From: a virus
Lineage: Duplodnaviria; Caudoviricetes
Virus record (IMG/VR): IMGVR_UViG_3300033066_001466
Location: 1-64,000 of that record
Direction: 5' to 3' (one strand)
DNA: 64,000 nt
Shown here: piece after piece, positions 54,774-63,647 of the stretch
How the letters are laid out: each line of letters opens with the position of its first letter
Position numbering within the stretch: the stretch's first letter is position 1
Translations under genes and position numbers: made by a program
The notes under the pieces: model-generated
What the model was told of the DNA's origin: nothing
Seen by the model: only the letters and a program-made list of their open reading frames with translations
The model's database searches: none

Positions 54774-55952
54774 TTAATTGTAATATGAGCCACTTCCAAT
54801 TCCGCTTGTAATAGTGTATCCATTTTGTCCAGCCCCGAAACGAGGGTCTGCGGGGTGAAGAACGGAAAAATTATTCTTATTGGTATAGGTATAAGTTACA
54901 GTCATATTGCTACCATCCGTGCCGCCCCCACCCACGCTAAAAGAAGTCAACCGATTTTTAGTACCAGTTGAAATTCTTGTACCATCTCGAAGAGCAACTC
55001 TGATGGATTCATTTCGAGTATTTTCACCAGTCGAATACAAACCACCTTCAAGAGCTTCAATAAAGTCACCACTAACTGCCATAATCTCAATTTCAGTATT
55101 ACAGTCGATGGTAGGATTAACTGATTTTACATAGGGGAATTTACAGCCCAACTCGAAAATATCTTGACGAGTAATACCAGCAGTGAATTTAATCGACTGC
55201 ATTTTGACTGTATAGTCACAACCACTTACTCCCGCAGTAGAAACATTTTTACCATTAGAATCAATGCCAGGAATATTTCGTGGGAAAGTACTGCCAGAAG
55301 GATAAACTGGTAATCCGTTAGCATCATTACCAATAGAAGCAGTTACATAATCGAATAAAACATCTTCACGACGATTAATGCCCGAAGCAGCAGAAGGAGC
55401 GTCAGGAGTAGTGAAATTAGTGCCCGTGAAAAACCCAGTCAACATATTAAATGCTGAAGCTTCAGAAGCACGATAGGCCGAAGAATACCACTTACGAGTA
55501 TTACCTACGAAAGATAGAGATTCTCGGCTAGGGCCTTGAGTATTAATTTGATAAGAAAGATTGGTAGGATAGAAGCCGCTCATCAAGCAAGCAAAATCAG
55601 CAGTGCCTGAAGCATAAGCTTGAGTTTCTGGATAAATTGACATACCAAGATGACATCGTGCAGTAGACCGACCTAAAAGGTCAGGAGTAGAAGCGTCTTT
55701 AGTAGCTAAGTGCCAAGCTAAAGGATATCCGTCCAATACCTTATCTACAGAGACTGTGAAATCAGAAATTTCTTCCATCTGTTCATATGGAGTTGCCTGA
55801 CCTAGCTCATAAATGCTAGTGATAGGAACGTTACCATTCATACCAACAGATTGAGCACCATGAACTACGTGACCACTAGCAAAAGCAGTGAAATTTAGGC
55901 CCGGAGCAATCAAAAGTTGTTCAGCATTAAAAATTACGCGATTAGATGCCAT
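54774..55952 (-). CDS. major tail (tube) protein
   Basis: 392 aa; GAQSVG...IYELGQ..YE..E..D..VSVDKVLDG; position after the neck genes; own motif promoter. Confidence 0.65.
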   Translation of the reverse strand: MASNRVIFNAEQLLIAPGLNFTAFASGHVVHGAQSVGMNGNVPITSIYELGQATPYEQMEEISDFTVSVDKVLDGYPLAWHLATKDASTPDLLGRSTARCHLGMSIYPETQAYASGTADFACLMSGFYPTNLSYQINTQGPSRESLSFVGNTRKWYSSAYRASEASAFNMLTGFFTGTNFTTPDAPSAASGINRREDVLFDYVTASIGNDANGLPVYPSGSTFPRNIPGIDSNGKNVSTAGVSGCDYTVKMQSIKFTAGITRQDIFELGCKFPYVKSVNPTIDCNTEIEIMAVSGDFIEALEGGLYSTGENTRNESIRVALRDGTRISTGTKNRLTSFSVGGGGTDGSNMTVTYTYTNKNNFSVLHPADPRFGAGQNGYTITSGIGSGSYYN

Positions 55953-55983
55953 CTATTAACTCCAAATATGAGTGTACAATAAA

Positions 55984-55994
55984 TATATACGCCG
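55984..55994 (-). promoter_or_regulatory. CGGnGTATA motif copy
   Basis: CGGCGTATATA, 42 nt before ATG 55952. Confidence 0.6.
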
Positions 55995-56025
55995 CCGATT
56001 AATAAATTGGTCTATAAAAGGCTAA

Positions 56026-56949
56026 TTAGACAGAGCATAATACTAGTCCAGCATTTCCATGAATTAAGCCTCTATAAACTGGAGGAGCAAACGGAATCTC
56101 TTTACCCTGTAAGTTATTAAAATAAATAGGTTTTACATTCCAAGGATACAAAGGTTGTAATTGTTCAAAAGTTTTAGCTCCACTTGCAAGAAATCCATAA
56201 GAATTAAAAGGTAAAGCGTTTGCAGTAATAACTGAATTAAAATCTACACCCAAAAATGAATGGTTATTTTGTGAACAAATAAGGTCAATGATAAGTCGTC
56301 TTTGGGCCGGATTTTCAGCAAAAACATAAAAGTTAATATCTGGATTATAGTTACTGCCACCACCAAGTTCATAAGGAGTAAAATTATTAGCACTAGTAAC
56401 TTGGATTATTACGGCAGGAAGTTGAATTCTATGATTAGTTAAAGTCGCTCTTATACCAGAGCCTATTCCATCAGCATTAAAAGCATCATATTTATAGGTT
56501 TCTGTTATTAAGTCCCTATACCAAGCAGAATCCGAAGTGTCCCAATATATAGATTTTGGCGAAAACGAAGCTTTAACAGTAGAATTTACAGATACTGGAT
56601 TATCAAATATAATTTGGCCATTTTTATAGTTTACATTAAATCCAGTCCCAGAAAAGTTTCCATTTACATATACGCCTGTAGGAGTTATTCCAGTTCCACC
56701 CCAAACCCAATTTGTTCTATAAGATTCCCAAGCTCTTGCTGTAGTGGTAGCTGGATATTGAGGAGAGTCTACAGGTTTAAGCTGACCTAAAGGTTGCCCA
56801 TTCTGGATAGTATTAAAAGATATATTTTGATAGCCACTCAATTTCATACAACCATAATCAAAAAACATAACCAGATTTCGCTCTAAATTAGTAGAGTGAG
56901 ATATTTGATTAAGGCTAGTGAAATTCTTAAGCGTAAATGCCGGATTCAT
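56026..56949 (-). CDS. putative tail terminator / completion protein
   Basis: RIQLPAVIIQV...ELGG...INFYVFAEN...R..IDL; position before the tail tube. Confidence 0.5.
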   Translation of the reverse strand: MNPAFTLKNFTSLNQISHSTNLERNLVMFFDYGCMKLSGYQNISFNTIQNGQPLGQLKPVDSPQYPATTTARAWESYRTNWVWGGTGITPTGVYVNGNFSGTGFNVNYKNGQIIFDNPVSVNSTVKASFSPKSIYWDTSDSAWYRDLITETYKYDAFNADGIGSGIRATLTNHRIQLPAVIIQVTSANNFTPYELGGGSNYNPDINFYVFAENPAQRRLIIDLICSQNNHSFLGVDFNSVITANALPFNSYGFLASGAKTFEQLQPLYPWNVKPIYFNNLQGKEIPFAPPVYRGLIHGNAGLVLCSV

Positions 56950-56957
56950 AATTCGTC

Positions 56958-57647
56958 CTATATTTTACTTATAAAGTATTTATCTATTAAGTCCGATATT
57001 TCTTCGTTCATATCTTCTGCGGCCCTTGTAATAAAATTATTATTTTTTGTGCCAGCAAATCGGGAGTCTACTGAAAATCTTTCCCCTTTAACCATAATAG
57101 CATGTTGAGTTCTTGATGGGTTATTGCCTTTTTCGCTATAATCATCATAAAAGACTTGGTATCCAATAATTACTGGCGAAGAACCACCCACTAGTAACCA
57201 TTCTAACCAAGGAACTTCAGCATAATTACCTTTAGAATTTATAGAAACATATTTTCCGGCAGGAGAATTAACTATATTATCAATATTTTCTAACAAGGTT
57301 ATTTTAATTCCAATTACAAAATCGTCACCAGTCTTTCGGTCATTTATAGTAACTTTAACTCCATCTATTACTAAATCTACTATTTCTCGCAATGCTGTAA
57401 CTGCATCAGCTATGCCTTCCCAATCGCCGCCCAACTCTCCAAGCCCAAAGTCCAAATGAAGAGCACCTTGAGGAGAAACTAAAGAGCGATATTCTGAGGA
57501 AGTCCTAATTTTGGCCGCAAATTTTTGTTTAACTCCGGCAACAAACCTCGCCTCATTCTTCTGAAAAATATCTCTAAGCATTTTCTTGTGTTCTATAACA
57601 AGTTGCCGATTGAAGTCAGAAAAATCAAAAGCTAATGAAAATCGCAC
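56958..57647 (-). CDS. putative neck / tail completion protein
   Basis: PWLEWLL.GG, SRTQHAIMV, GTKNNNFITRA; position. Confidence 0.5.
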   Translation of the reverse strand: MRFSLAFDFSDFNRQLVIEHKKMLRDIFQKNEARFVAGVKQKFAAKIRTSSEYRSLVSPQGALHLDFGLGELGGDWEGIADAVTALREIVDLVIDGVKVTINDRKTGDDFVIGIKITLLENIDNIVNSPAGKYVSINSKGNYAEVPWLEWLLVGGSSPVIIGYQVFYDDYSEKGNNPSRTQHAIMVKGERFSVDSRFAGTKNNNFITRAAEDMNEEISDLIDKYFISKI

Positions 57648-57707
57648 TTAAATTATGTCACAAAAAAGAATACAGTATATGTACATTATCTTTAGAACCC
57701 GAAGGCC

Positions 57708-57917
57708 TTATTTTATAAAAAAGCCTACGCCGAAAAATATTAGCAGCCAAAAAAGTGTAGATATTAAACCATAAGTCATTTGAATTAAGAATCCTATTCC
57801 CATAGTTACATCACTTCCTTGGCCCATATTCATATTATAGATATATATGGAGGATAATAGCCATCCTACCAAACAAACTAGACTAAGAATTAACATAAAA
57901 CCTCCAATTTTGCCCAC
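57708..57917 (-). CDS. small two-TM membrane protein (moron-like)
   Basis: 69 aa, two long hydrophobic helices; inserted between neck genes. Confidence 0.55.
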   Translation of the reverse strand: MGKIGGFMLILSLVCLVGWLLSSIYIYNMNMGQGSDVTMGIGFLIQMTYGLISTLFWLLIFFGVGFFIK

Positions 57918-57942
57918 TATATTAATTTTTTGTATAATGCAT

Positions 57943-57964
57943 TAAGCCTAACGGCGATTGAGTT
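57943..57964 (-). repeat. 22-bp repeat copy B, part of an AGCCTAA-N12-TTAGGCT hairpin (57945..57970)
   Basis: Minus strand AACTCAATCGCCGTTAGGCTTA. Confidence 0.85.
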
Positions 57965-58491
57965 TAGGCTATTTGCTCCCACCAACAATTAAAATATCGC
58001 CCCTGAGCTATACTGTTTTTATCGCGAGGATACGACGCAAGTCTAAACTTCATAGGAACTACTGACGAAACTGGCATATCAAAAACCGCATATTCGGCCT
58101 TAATAACATTTAAAAAATCTTTCATATAACCGCGAGAATACACATACTGAAGTTCTTTTTTAAATTCTACCCCGATATTAGCATCTTTTTTGAATCGTTC
58201 TGAGACATTCTGTGGATTAAAAGTGCATAAAAGTTGAACATTTCCAGTTGTATGAATTTGAATAAATGAAGTGCCAGAACCAGCCAGAAAATCATTTTGA
58301 GACTCAAACGCTGTACTTCCATCCGACAAAAAGTTATTTCCCATATTACCAGGACCAATTGGAGCATCTGAACCTGAAATATAAGTTGGATAATATAACG
58401 TTACATTTTTAGCAAAATTATCTATCATGAAATCTTGGCCAGAAATGAAGAAAGAATTAGCTCTGGCCACATTAGGGAAAATTAAAGCCAT
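57964..58491 (-). CDS. putative head-closure protein
   Basis: 175 aa; position after the adaptor; beta-rich. Confidence 0.45.
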   Translation of the reverse strand: MALIFPNVARANSFFISGQDFMIDNFAKNVTLYYPTYISGSDAPIGPGNMGNNFLSDGSTAFESQNDFLAGSGTSFIQIHTTGNVQLLCTFNPQNVSERFKKDANIGVEFKKELQYVYSRGYMKDFLNVIKAEYAVFDMPVSSVVPMKFRLASYPRDKNSIAQGRYFNCWWEQIA

Positions 58492-59024
58492 TAATATGTA
58501 CTCCTTCCACCTCTACATACTCCTCTACCATTTCCAAGATTAGTAGACCATCTATCTCCAAAAGCTGGAAAAGGACTAACAATAGCTTTACCAAAAATCC
58601 CATTACCTGATTCAAAATCAGTTTTGGCTTTTGTATAAGCAACGCACCAATTAATTTTAAGGGCTTCAATCTTACTAGCCCCAACGTCGCCAATCTTCAT
58701 CGTAAAACCGTTATCGGTTAATTGCTGGATATCTTGTGAAGTAAGTTTGCTTACATCTGACCGCTCAATGAGACAGGCTGTCTTCAGAGCCGCCAAAGTC
58801 ATGAAATCCTTATCTGCTGGGGCTGTAGCTGGGTCAGGCGTTATGGTCATTCCTACGATGTCTGCGGTATAGTCTACCGAGAAGTCCACCTCAAGTTGCA
58901 TAAGATTAATAGCAGTAATTATTTTTAATTGAAGGTCAGCATCACAAAAGGTGTAATCTGTAGGGTCAGTATCACCTGTCATGTTACGAACTAATGGGAT
59001 TATATACTCGAATGCATCAGCCAT
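58491..59024 (-). CDS. putative head-tail adaptor
   Basis: IIPLVRNMTGD....Y.F.D..L; follows the major capsid gene. Confidence 0.5.
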   Translation of the reverse strand: MADAFEYIIPLVRNMTGDTDPTDYTFCDADLQLKIITAINLMQLEVDFSVDYTADIVGMTITPDPATAPADKDFMTLAALKTACLIERSDVSKLTSQDIQQLTDNGFTMKIGDVGASKIEALKINWCVAYTKAKTDFESGNGIFGKAIVSPFPAFGDRWSTNLGNGRGVCRGGRSTY

Positions 59025-59078
59025 TTTTAAACCTCTGGGTGTACATTAAGTATATTACCCGCGAACTATATAGAAACG

Positions 59079-59100
59079 AAAAAAGCCATCCGAAGATGGC
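59079..59100 (-). terminator. Rho-independent terminator after the major capsid gene
   Basis: GCCATC-TTCG-GATGGC followed by TTTTTT (C-UUCG-G loop). Confidence 0.9.
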
Positions 59101-59122
59101 TTATTAAGGTAACAATAATTAC

Positions 59123-60127
59123 TTACAAACTGCCACCAAGTGCTCGCCTCGAATCCAAGACAGCAAACCCTTGCATGCTGCTACACCATACACCCTGTAG
59201 TCTCATACGTTCTTGGTCGTCAAACCGAACAGTAGCTTTTTCATTTACAGGCATTACGAAGGAGTCTTCAGCACTTAGGTCTAGACCAATTACTAGTTCT
59301 GAATCACCAGAAGCTAGTAAACCACCAAGGTTATTTAGGTAGTAGTCATTATATTCTTGGCCAACACCAAGTTCAAACAAGCCATGAAGAGCACAACCAT
59401 AGATATCGCGTAGACCTTCATCACTATTATAGATTTGGGTACGAATAGCATCAGGAATTAAATCAAGACCCCAGTTACGAACGTCTTCAAGACTTTCTAG
59501 GCTAAGGAACAAGTCAGTCATGGTGCGATTATTAGTCACACTATTACCACCTGCATTACGTTTCATAACCAATTTCATAACGCTTACTAGACGTTTGGTG
59601 AACTGATTAGCAGAAGCAGTAGCATCATAAGCGATAATACCACGGTCAACGATAGCCATTAAGAGAGCGTGAAAAGCATCATCGTTTAGTTTCTTAACCA
59701 TCATCTGTTCAAGACGGCTTTGGGCCTTACGTAGGAACTGAGGCCCAGCAACCTGTGGCATTCGGCGGTTCCAATCTAGGGAAGCACCAATTTCATAGGT
59801 AGGAACTTCGATATAATCAGCATATACAATCTTGCGAGGTAGTTCGCCTTGAGCAGGAATAGTATAGGCTACATAATCAGCTTCAGTACCAGGGACAACC
59901 CAGTCAAGCATATACATAGGCTTTACATTCATAGGATAGTCTTCGGATGTGAAGATATCACTATAAACATTACCACTTAGTAGAGTTTGGCGAAGGGGTT
60001 CCTGTAAAGCTTCAGCGTAGAAACTACGAGCTTGTTCAGCAACTGCCTTGTCTGGGCTAATAGTGTCCCGGAATGCCTGATAAGCTTCAGGGCTAATTTC
60101 TGTACGCTTTACTTTAGTTCGTGCCAT
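59123..60127 (-). CDS. major capsid protein (HK97 fold)
   Basis: 334 aa; follows protease/scaffold and decoration genes; strong terminator; E-loop/P-domain-like IPAQGELP..IV...IEVPTYEI. Confidence 0.75.
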   Translation of the reverse strand: MARTKVKRTEISPEAYQAFRDTISPDKAVAEQARSFYAEALQEPLRQTLLSGNVYSDIFTSEDYPMNVKPMYMLDWVVPGTEADYVAYTIPAQGELPRKIVYADYIEVPTYEIGASLDWNRRMPQVAGPQFLRKAQSRLEQMMVKKLNDDAFHALLMAIVDRGIIAYDATASANQFTKRLVSVMKLVMKRNAGGNSVTNNRTMTDLFLSLESLEDVRNWGLDLIPDAIRTQIYNSDEGLRDIYGCALHGLFELGVGQEYNDYYLNNLGGLLASGDSELVIGLDLSAEDSFVMPVNEKATVRFDDQERMRLQGVWCSSMQGFAVLDSRRALGGSL

Positions 60128-60171
60128 TATTGAACACTCCTGATACTTTCAAAGTTTAATTAATTAGATTA

Positions 60172-60630
60172 TTATAGAGAGTCGATTGCAACGGTAGCAA
60201 AACCATTACCATCTTTAGCAGTTAGGAAACGACCAACTTGGGCATAACCTAATAGCTGAGTAGGAGACATATAGCCACCAGAGTGAATATAAGCTGGATT
60301 ACCGGCTGTTGGAGTGCCAGAAATATAATTGGTGTTTACCCAACCGTGCTTGATAATCGAAATCTTAGAGCCAGTCTGAGCTTCGTTAGGATTAAAAGGA
60401 TTCAACTTCTGACGGGTTAGGTCATAATTCTGAACCTTCGTTTCGCAAATACCTAGAGGAATAGCACCAGAAGCACTAGAGCCAACATAGGCATAACGAT
60501 TAGCGTGCTCTAAAGCAGCACCAGAATAAGTTCCAGTTGCAGCGATTACACACTGACCATCGTCAATAGTGCCAGAACTGAAATATGTGATGTGACGTTC
60601 GCAGCTATAATCGGTGTTCTTAATAGCCAT
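60172..60630 (-). CDS. head decoration / cement protein
   Basis: 152 aa between scaffold and MCP; GWVNTNYISGTPTAGNPAY...G. Confidence 0.6.
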   Translation of the reverse strand: MAIKNTDYSCERHITYFSSGTIDDGQCVIAATGTYSGAALEHANRYAYVGSSASGAIPLGICETKVQNYDLTRQKLNPFNPNEAQTGSKISIIKHGWVNTNYISGTPTAGNPAYIHSGGYMSPTQLLGYAQVGRFLTAKDGNGFATVAIDSL

Positions 60631-61283
60631 TAGTTAGTCTCCGTGTTCTTGACCTTAGCGAAAACGCTTTTTACAGCATTGAGTTTAGTTTTGTTTTTGT
60701 TTTCAACTTCAACATTAGCGACAACAAGAGTCTTTTCAGATTTCTTGGCATCTTCTAATTTCTTAGCGGCTTCAGCTTTGTTTTGGTCTTCAACATCTTT
60801 AGCAGCCTTAGCTAGTTCAGCCTTTTGAGCTTCAGTAGTTTTATCTTTGGAGGCAGCGAAAGCCTTAGTATTATCTAGCCAAGCCTTGAAATTTTCGTCG
60901 GTTAGAGCAGCAACCACAATGTAGTTCTTTTCTGCATCTGTATTGTCCATACCAAGGTTTTCCTTGATTAGACCAACTCGTTCAAGCTTTAGTTTTTCGG
61001 CTTTTGCTACGCTCAAATCTTTTTCAGTAGAAGCTACTTTAGTATTTGCTTCAGCTAAACTTTTGTTTGATTCGGCAAGCTTTTGCTCAAGAGCAACCTT
61101 TTCGTCAGTTACTTTCTTGATAGATTCATTAGCGGAAGCTAGTTCAGCCTTAACTTTATCTGATTCAGTTTTAGCTGTTTCAACTTCGGTCTTAGTTTTA
61201 GCAAGCTCATCGGCAATTTTCTTTGCCTCAACAAGCTGCCCTTCTAGTTCCGTAATTTTTGCTTGTGCTTCTTCGAGTTTCAT
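60630..61283 (-). CDS. nested scaffolding protein (internal in-frame start at Met293)
   Basis: Internal CGGCGTATATA motif, GGAG RBS and ATG 61283 giving MKLEEAQAKITELEGQL... (217 aa). Confidence 0.65.
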   Translation of the reverse strand: MKLEEAQAKITELEGQLVEAKKIADELAKTKTEVETAKTESDKVKAELASANESIKKVTDEKVALEQKLAESNKSLAEANTKVASTEKDLSVAKAEKLKLERVGLIKENLGMDNTDAEKNYIVVAALTDENFKAWLDNTKAFAASKDKTTEAQKAELAKAAKDVEDQNKAEAAKKLEDAKKSEKTLVVANVEVENKNKTKLNAVKSVFAKVKNTETN

Positions 61284-62159
61284 AATTTCTTCTCCGTTTA
61301 CAATAGGTATATACGCCGAATTAATTTCGGTTTCAAAAATATCTTCACTTTTTACATAATTTTGTGAAGCAAAAGCTAACGAATCTTTACTAAAAATAAC
61401 AGAAGCTGGATTAGCAGGGTCATCAGTGATACCTTTACCCGTGAATACAATATCACGCATTAGCATACCAATTTTAGCCCCTTGATATTCTCCGCTTCCT
61501 TTAAAAGCTCGTAATTTTTTGGTTAAAAATGAACTCTTTGCATCTCTTTTAATAATTTCTTGTTTGCCATCAGCTTTCATAACCGCATAGTCAAAATCAG
61601 AAAAAATACATTCCATACTAACGCATAGTTCACCATCAATAATTTTATCATATACTTTTTGTATAGATGCTGAATATTCTTCGTTTAGCTTCTGATATGC
61701 TTTAATATTGTATTTATAAAAACTGTCTACTGTAAGCAAATGAAAAATATCTGGTATGTCCATATTGGGCTTACCATCAATTTCACTAGGAATTAAAGCA
61801 GGAGTTTCTTCGTCTGTGATTGCAAATACACGATTTGTATGGCCAACTACTTTATCTGGCTTATGGTCAAGATTTGCTGGTTTATTAAGAGGAGTATATT
61901 TTGCTTTCCAAACTTCAAATTTATCAAATACTTGGTCATTCTTATTCCAAACACCAGCCGTTACTAAAATGGCCGGATATTCATATAAAAAGTCGTCCTC
62001 AATTAATTTACCAACTACTCCGCTAACATTTTTTACCTTACCAACATAATTCTTGTTTGTGGCAAGTATTACTGGGATATTATAGGTAATGGATAAATTG
62101 GCCCCAAAATACTGTTCGAGACCATCGTCTATCTCAGTTTGATAGATAATAGGTTTCAT
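60630..62159 (-). CDS. prohead protease fused to coiled-coil scaffold
   Basis: WNKNDQVF, NLDH..DKVVGH, VSMEC, FTGKGITDDPANPASVI, then K/E/A-rich coiled coil. Confidence 0.75.
   Translation of the reverse strand: MKPIIYQTEIDDGLEQYFGANLSITYNIPVILATNKNYVGKVKNVSGVVGKLIEDDFLYEYPAILVTAGVWNKNDQVFDKFEVWKAKYTPLNKPANLDHKPDKVVGHTNRVFAITDEETPALIPSEIDGKPNMDIPDIFHLLTVDSFYKYNIKAYQKLNEEYSASIQKVYDKIIDGELCVSMECIFSDFDYAVMKADGKQEIIKRDAKSSFLTKKLRAFKGSGEYQGAKIGMLMRDIVFTGKGITDDPANPASVIFSKDSLAFASQNYVKSEDIFETEINSAYIPIVNGEEIMKLEEAQAKITELEGQLVEAKKIADELAKTKTEVETAKTESDKVKAELASANESIKKVTDEKVALEQKLAESNKSLAEANTKVASTEKDLSVAKAEKLKLERVGLIKENLGMDNTDAEKNYIVVAALTDENFKAWLDNTKAFAASKDKTTEAQKAELAKAAKDVEDQNKAEAAKKLEDAKKSEKTLVVANVEVENKNKTKLNAVKSVFAKVKNTETN
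61308..61318 (-). promoter_or_regulatory. CGGnGTATA motif copy inside the protease gene
   Basis: CGGCGTATATA, 35 nt before internal ATG 61283. Confidence 0.6.
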
Positions 62160-62419
62160 TATTTAATCTTTTTAAATAAATCTTGAACCGGATTACTATT
62201 TTTATTTTTTGATGCATAACAGCACCATGTTTGGGTATTTACTATACCAGTATCATCTATCGTTTGTCGCATAATATTTAAGTCGTATTCTTCCTCATTT
62301 GGAGAACACTTACACAATGAAACGTTACTTATATTTGGAACTTCTTTTCCATCCATAAGGATTTGTGCAGTTTTTTCTTCTGAATCGTAAGCAATTATAA
62401 TTCTCATTGAATTAATCAT
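62159..62419 (-). CDS. hypothetical protein
   Basis: 86-aa ORF with AAGGA RBS; stop overlaps the protease start. Confidence 0.6.
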   Translation of the reverse strand: MINSMRIIIAYDSEEKTAQILMDGKEVPNISNVSLCKCSPNEEEYDLNIMRQTIDDTGIVNTQTWCCYASKNKNSNPVQDLFKKIK

Positions 62420-62448
62420 CCTTATCTAACTATAGGTTTTCTAGTAAG

Positions 62449-62459
62449 AATATACACCG
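62449..62459 (-). promoter_or_regulatory. CGGnGTATA motif copy
   Basis: CGGTGTATATT, 40 nt before ATG 62419. Confidence 0.6.
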
Positions 62460-62461
62460 AA

Positions 62462-62549
62462 ACCTAAAATCGAAGAACGGCGTGATTACTTCTTCAAATA
62501 AATTTGAAAACTTTTAGGCCTTCGCCAAAGACTGTAATCCCAGTCTCAT
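62462..62549 (-). ncRNA. 3' part of the predicted TnpB omega-RNA (scaffold end + guide)
   Basis: AGACTG-GGATTA-CAGTCT hairpin in the tnpB 3' end, TTCAAA-TTTA-TTTGAA hairpin, right end ...GAAGTAATCAC, then guide GCCGTTCTTCGATTTTAGGT; 5' boundary unknown. Confidence 0.5.
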
Positions 62550-63646
62550 AATATTTATACTTGCGTTCAAGTCTCTATTGATTGAGAGTCCACAATTACA
62601 TTGATAAAGCAATTGCTTTAATGGAATTTCATTTAAAACACCACATCTTGAACAAGTTTTCGATGTATTTTGAGGCTCTACAAGTACAACTGTTTTGCCA
62701 GCACTTTCAGCCTTGCAAACTGTTTTCTGTACTAATCTACCCCAACACGCATCTTCAATAGCTTTATTGATTTGACGAATTTCTTCTTTGGTCATCGTCT
62801 TTTTTTCTAATTTTTCAAAACAAATAATATCATATTTTTTAACTAGCTCTAAAGATTGTTTATTTGTAAAATCTTCCCTAGAGTTCACCATTTTTTCGTA
62901 GACCAAACTAAGGGAGTGTCGATTTTTCTCTGTTTTATTATTAGAATATCGTCTTGAAAGTTTTTCAATAGATTTACCGAATTTCTTGATAAATCTAGGA
63001 TTTTCAATAGTCTTTTTATTAGAAAGAGTAGCTAAAACTCTAATCCCTAAATCTACACCAATCGTCTTATGAGTTTTCTTAATCTTTTTATTTACAGAAG
63101 AATCAGTTGTAATACAAACAAAAAATTTATTAGATGAATTTTTAATAATAGAGAGCGACTTAACTTTTCCTAATAATAATTTATGAAATTTACATTTAAT
63201 GTTTCCAATTTTGGAAAAGTCTATATGACCTTTACCTATTTTGAGTCCACCATTTATTTTATAGCCTAACTGTGTATATTTAAGAGACCTTAAACGGCCA
63301 CTACCTTTAAATCGTGGATATTTGCTATGTTTAGCAAAAAACAAACTAAAAGCACAATCTACTTGCTCCTGTGTTTTTTGAGCAACTTGAGCATATGGTT
63401 CCTTAAACAATGGATTTTCTTGTTTCCAAAAGGTAAGCATCCTATTAAGAGTAAATAACGTAAGATTTATTTTAGCTTCTTTATAAGCGTTTATTTTAAC
63501 TTCTAATGTTTTATTGTAGATTTGTCTACAAATTTCCAAGTGATTAGCAATAATTTTTGCTTGTTTTTTTGTAGGATACAATCTATACTTATAAGATATC
63601 ATACTAATATTATACGCCACAGTGTATACGAAAAAATCTATAATTG
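62482..63646 (-). mobile_element. solo tnpB element (IS200/IS605-type, no tnpA)
   Basis: Right end terminating in TCAC after a TTTA-loop hairpin; left boundary inferred after TTAAT at 63651..63647. Confidence 0.55.
62514..63602 (-). CDS. tnpB: TnpB RNA-guided endonuclease
   Basis: YKYRLYPT N-terminus; RuvC D-E-D in GVDLG, FEKL, RDLNA; Zn finger TSKTCSRCG...CNCG. Confidence 0.92.
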   Translation of the reverse strand: MISYKYRLYPTKKQAKIIANHLEICRQIYNKTLEVKINAYKEAKINLTLFTLNRMLTFWKQENPLFKEPYAQVAQKTQEQVDCAFSLFFAKHSKYPRFKGSGRLRSLKYTQLGYKINGGLKIGKGHIDFSKIGNIKCKFHKLLLGKVKSLSIIKNSSNKFFVCITTDSSVNKKIKKTHKTIGVDLGIRVLATLSNKKTIENPRFIKKFGKSIEKLSRRYSNNKTEKNRHSLSLVYEKMVNSREDFTNKQSLELVKKYDIICFEKLEKKTMTKEEIRQINKAIEDACWGRLVQKTVCKAESAGKTVVLVEPQNTSKTCSRCGVLNEIPLKQLLYQCNCGLSINRDLNASINIMRLGLQSLAKA

Positions 63647-63647
63647 A

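Noticed and set aside
876-62049. Many short antisense or alternate-frame ORFs in the supplied track (e.g. 876-1076, 8633-8974, 19022-19309, 46848-47345, 60943-61359)
   Set aside because: They lie fully inside well-supported genes on the other strand or frame, with no RBS or motif support; treated as shadow ORFs
62473-62484. Relationship between the TnpB guide (GCCGTT...) and the 22-bp repeat (CGCCGTT)
   Set aside because: Only about 7 nt are shared; not enough for targeting or common origin
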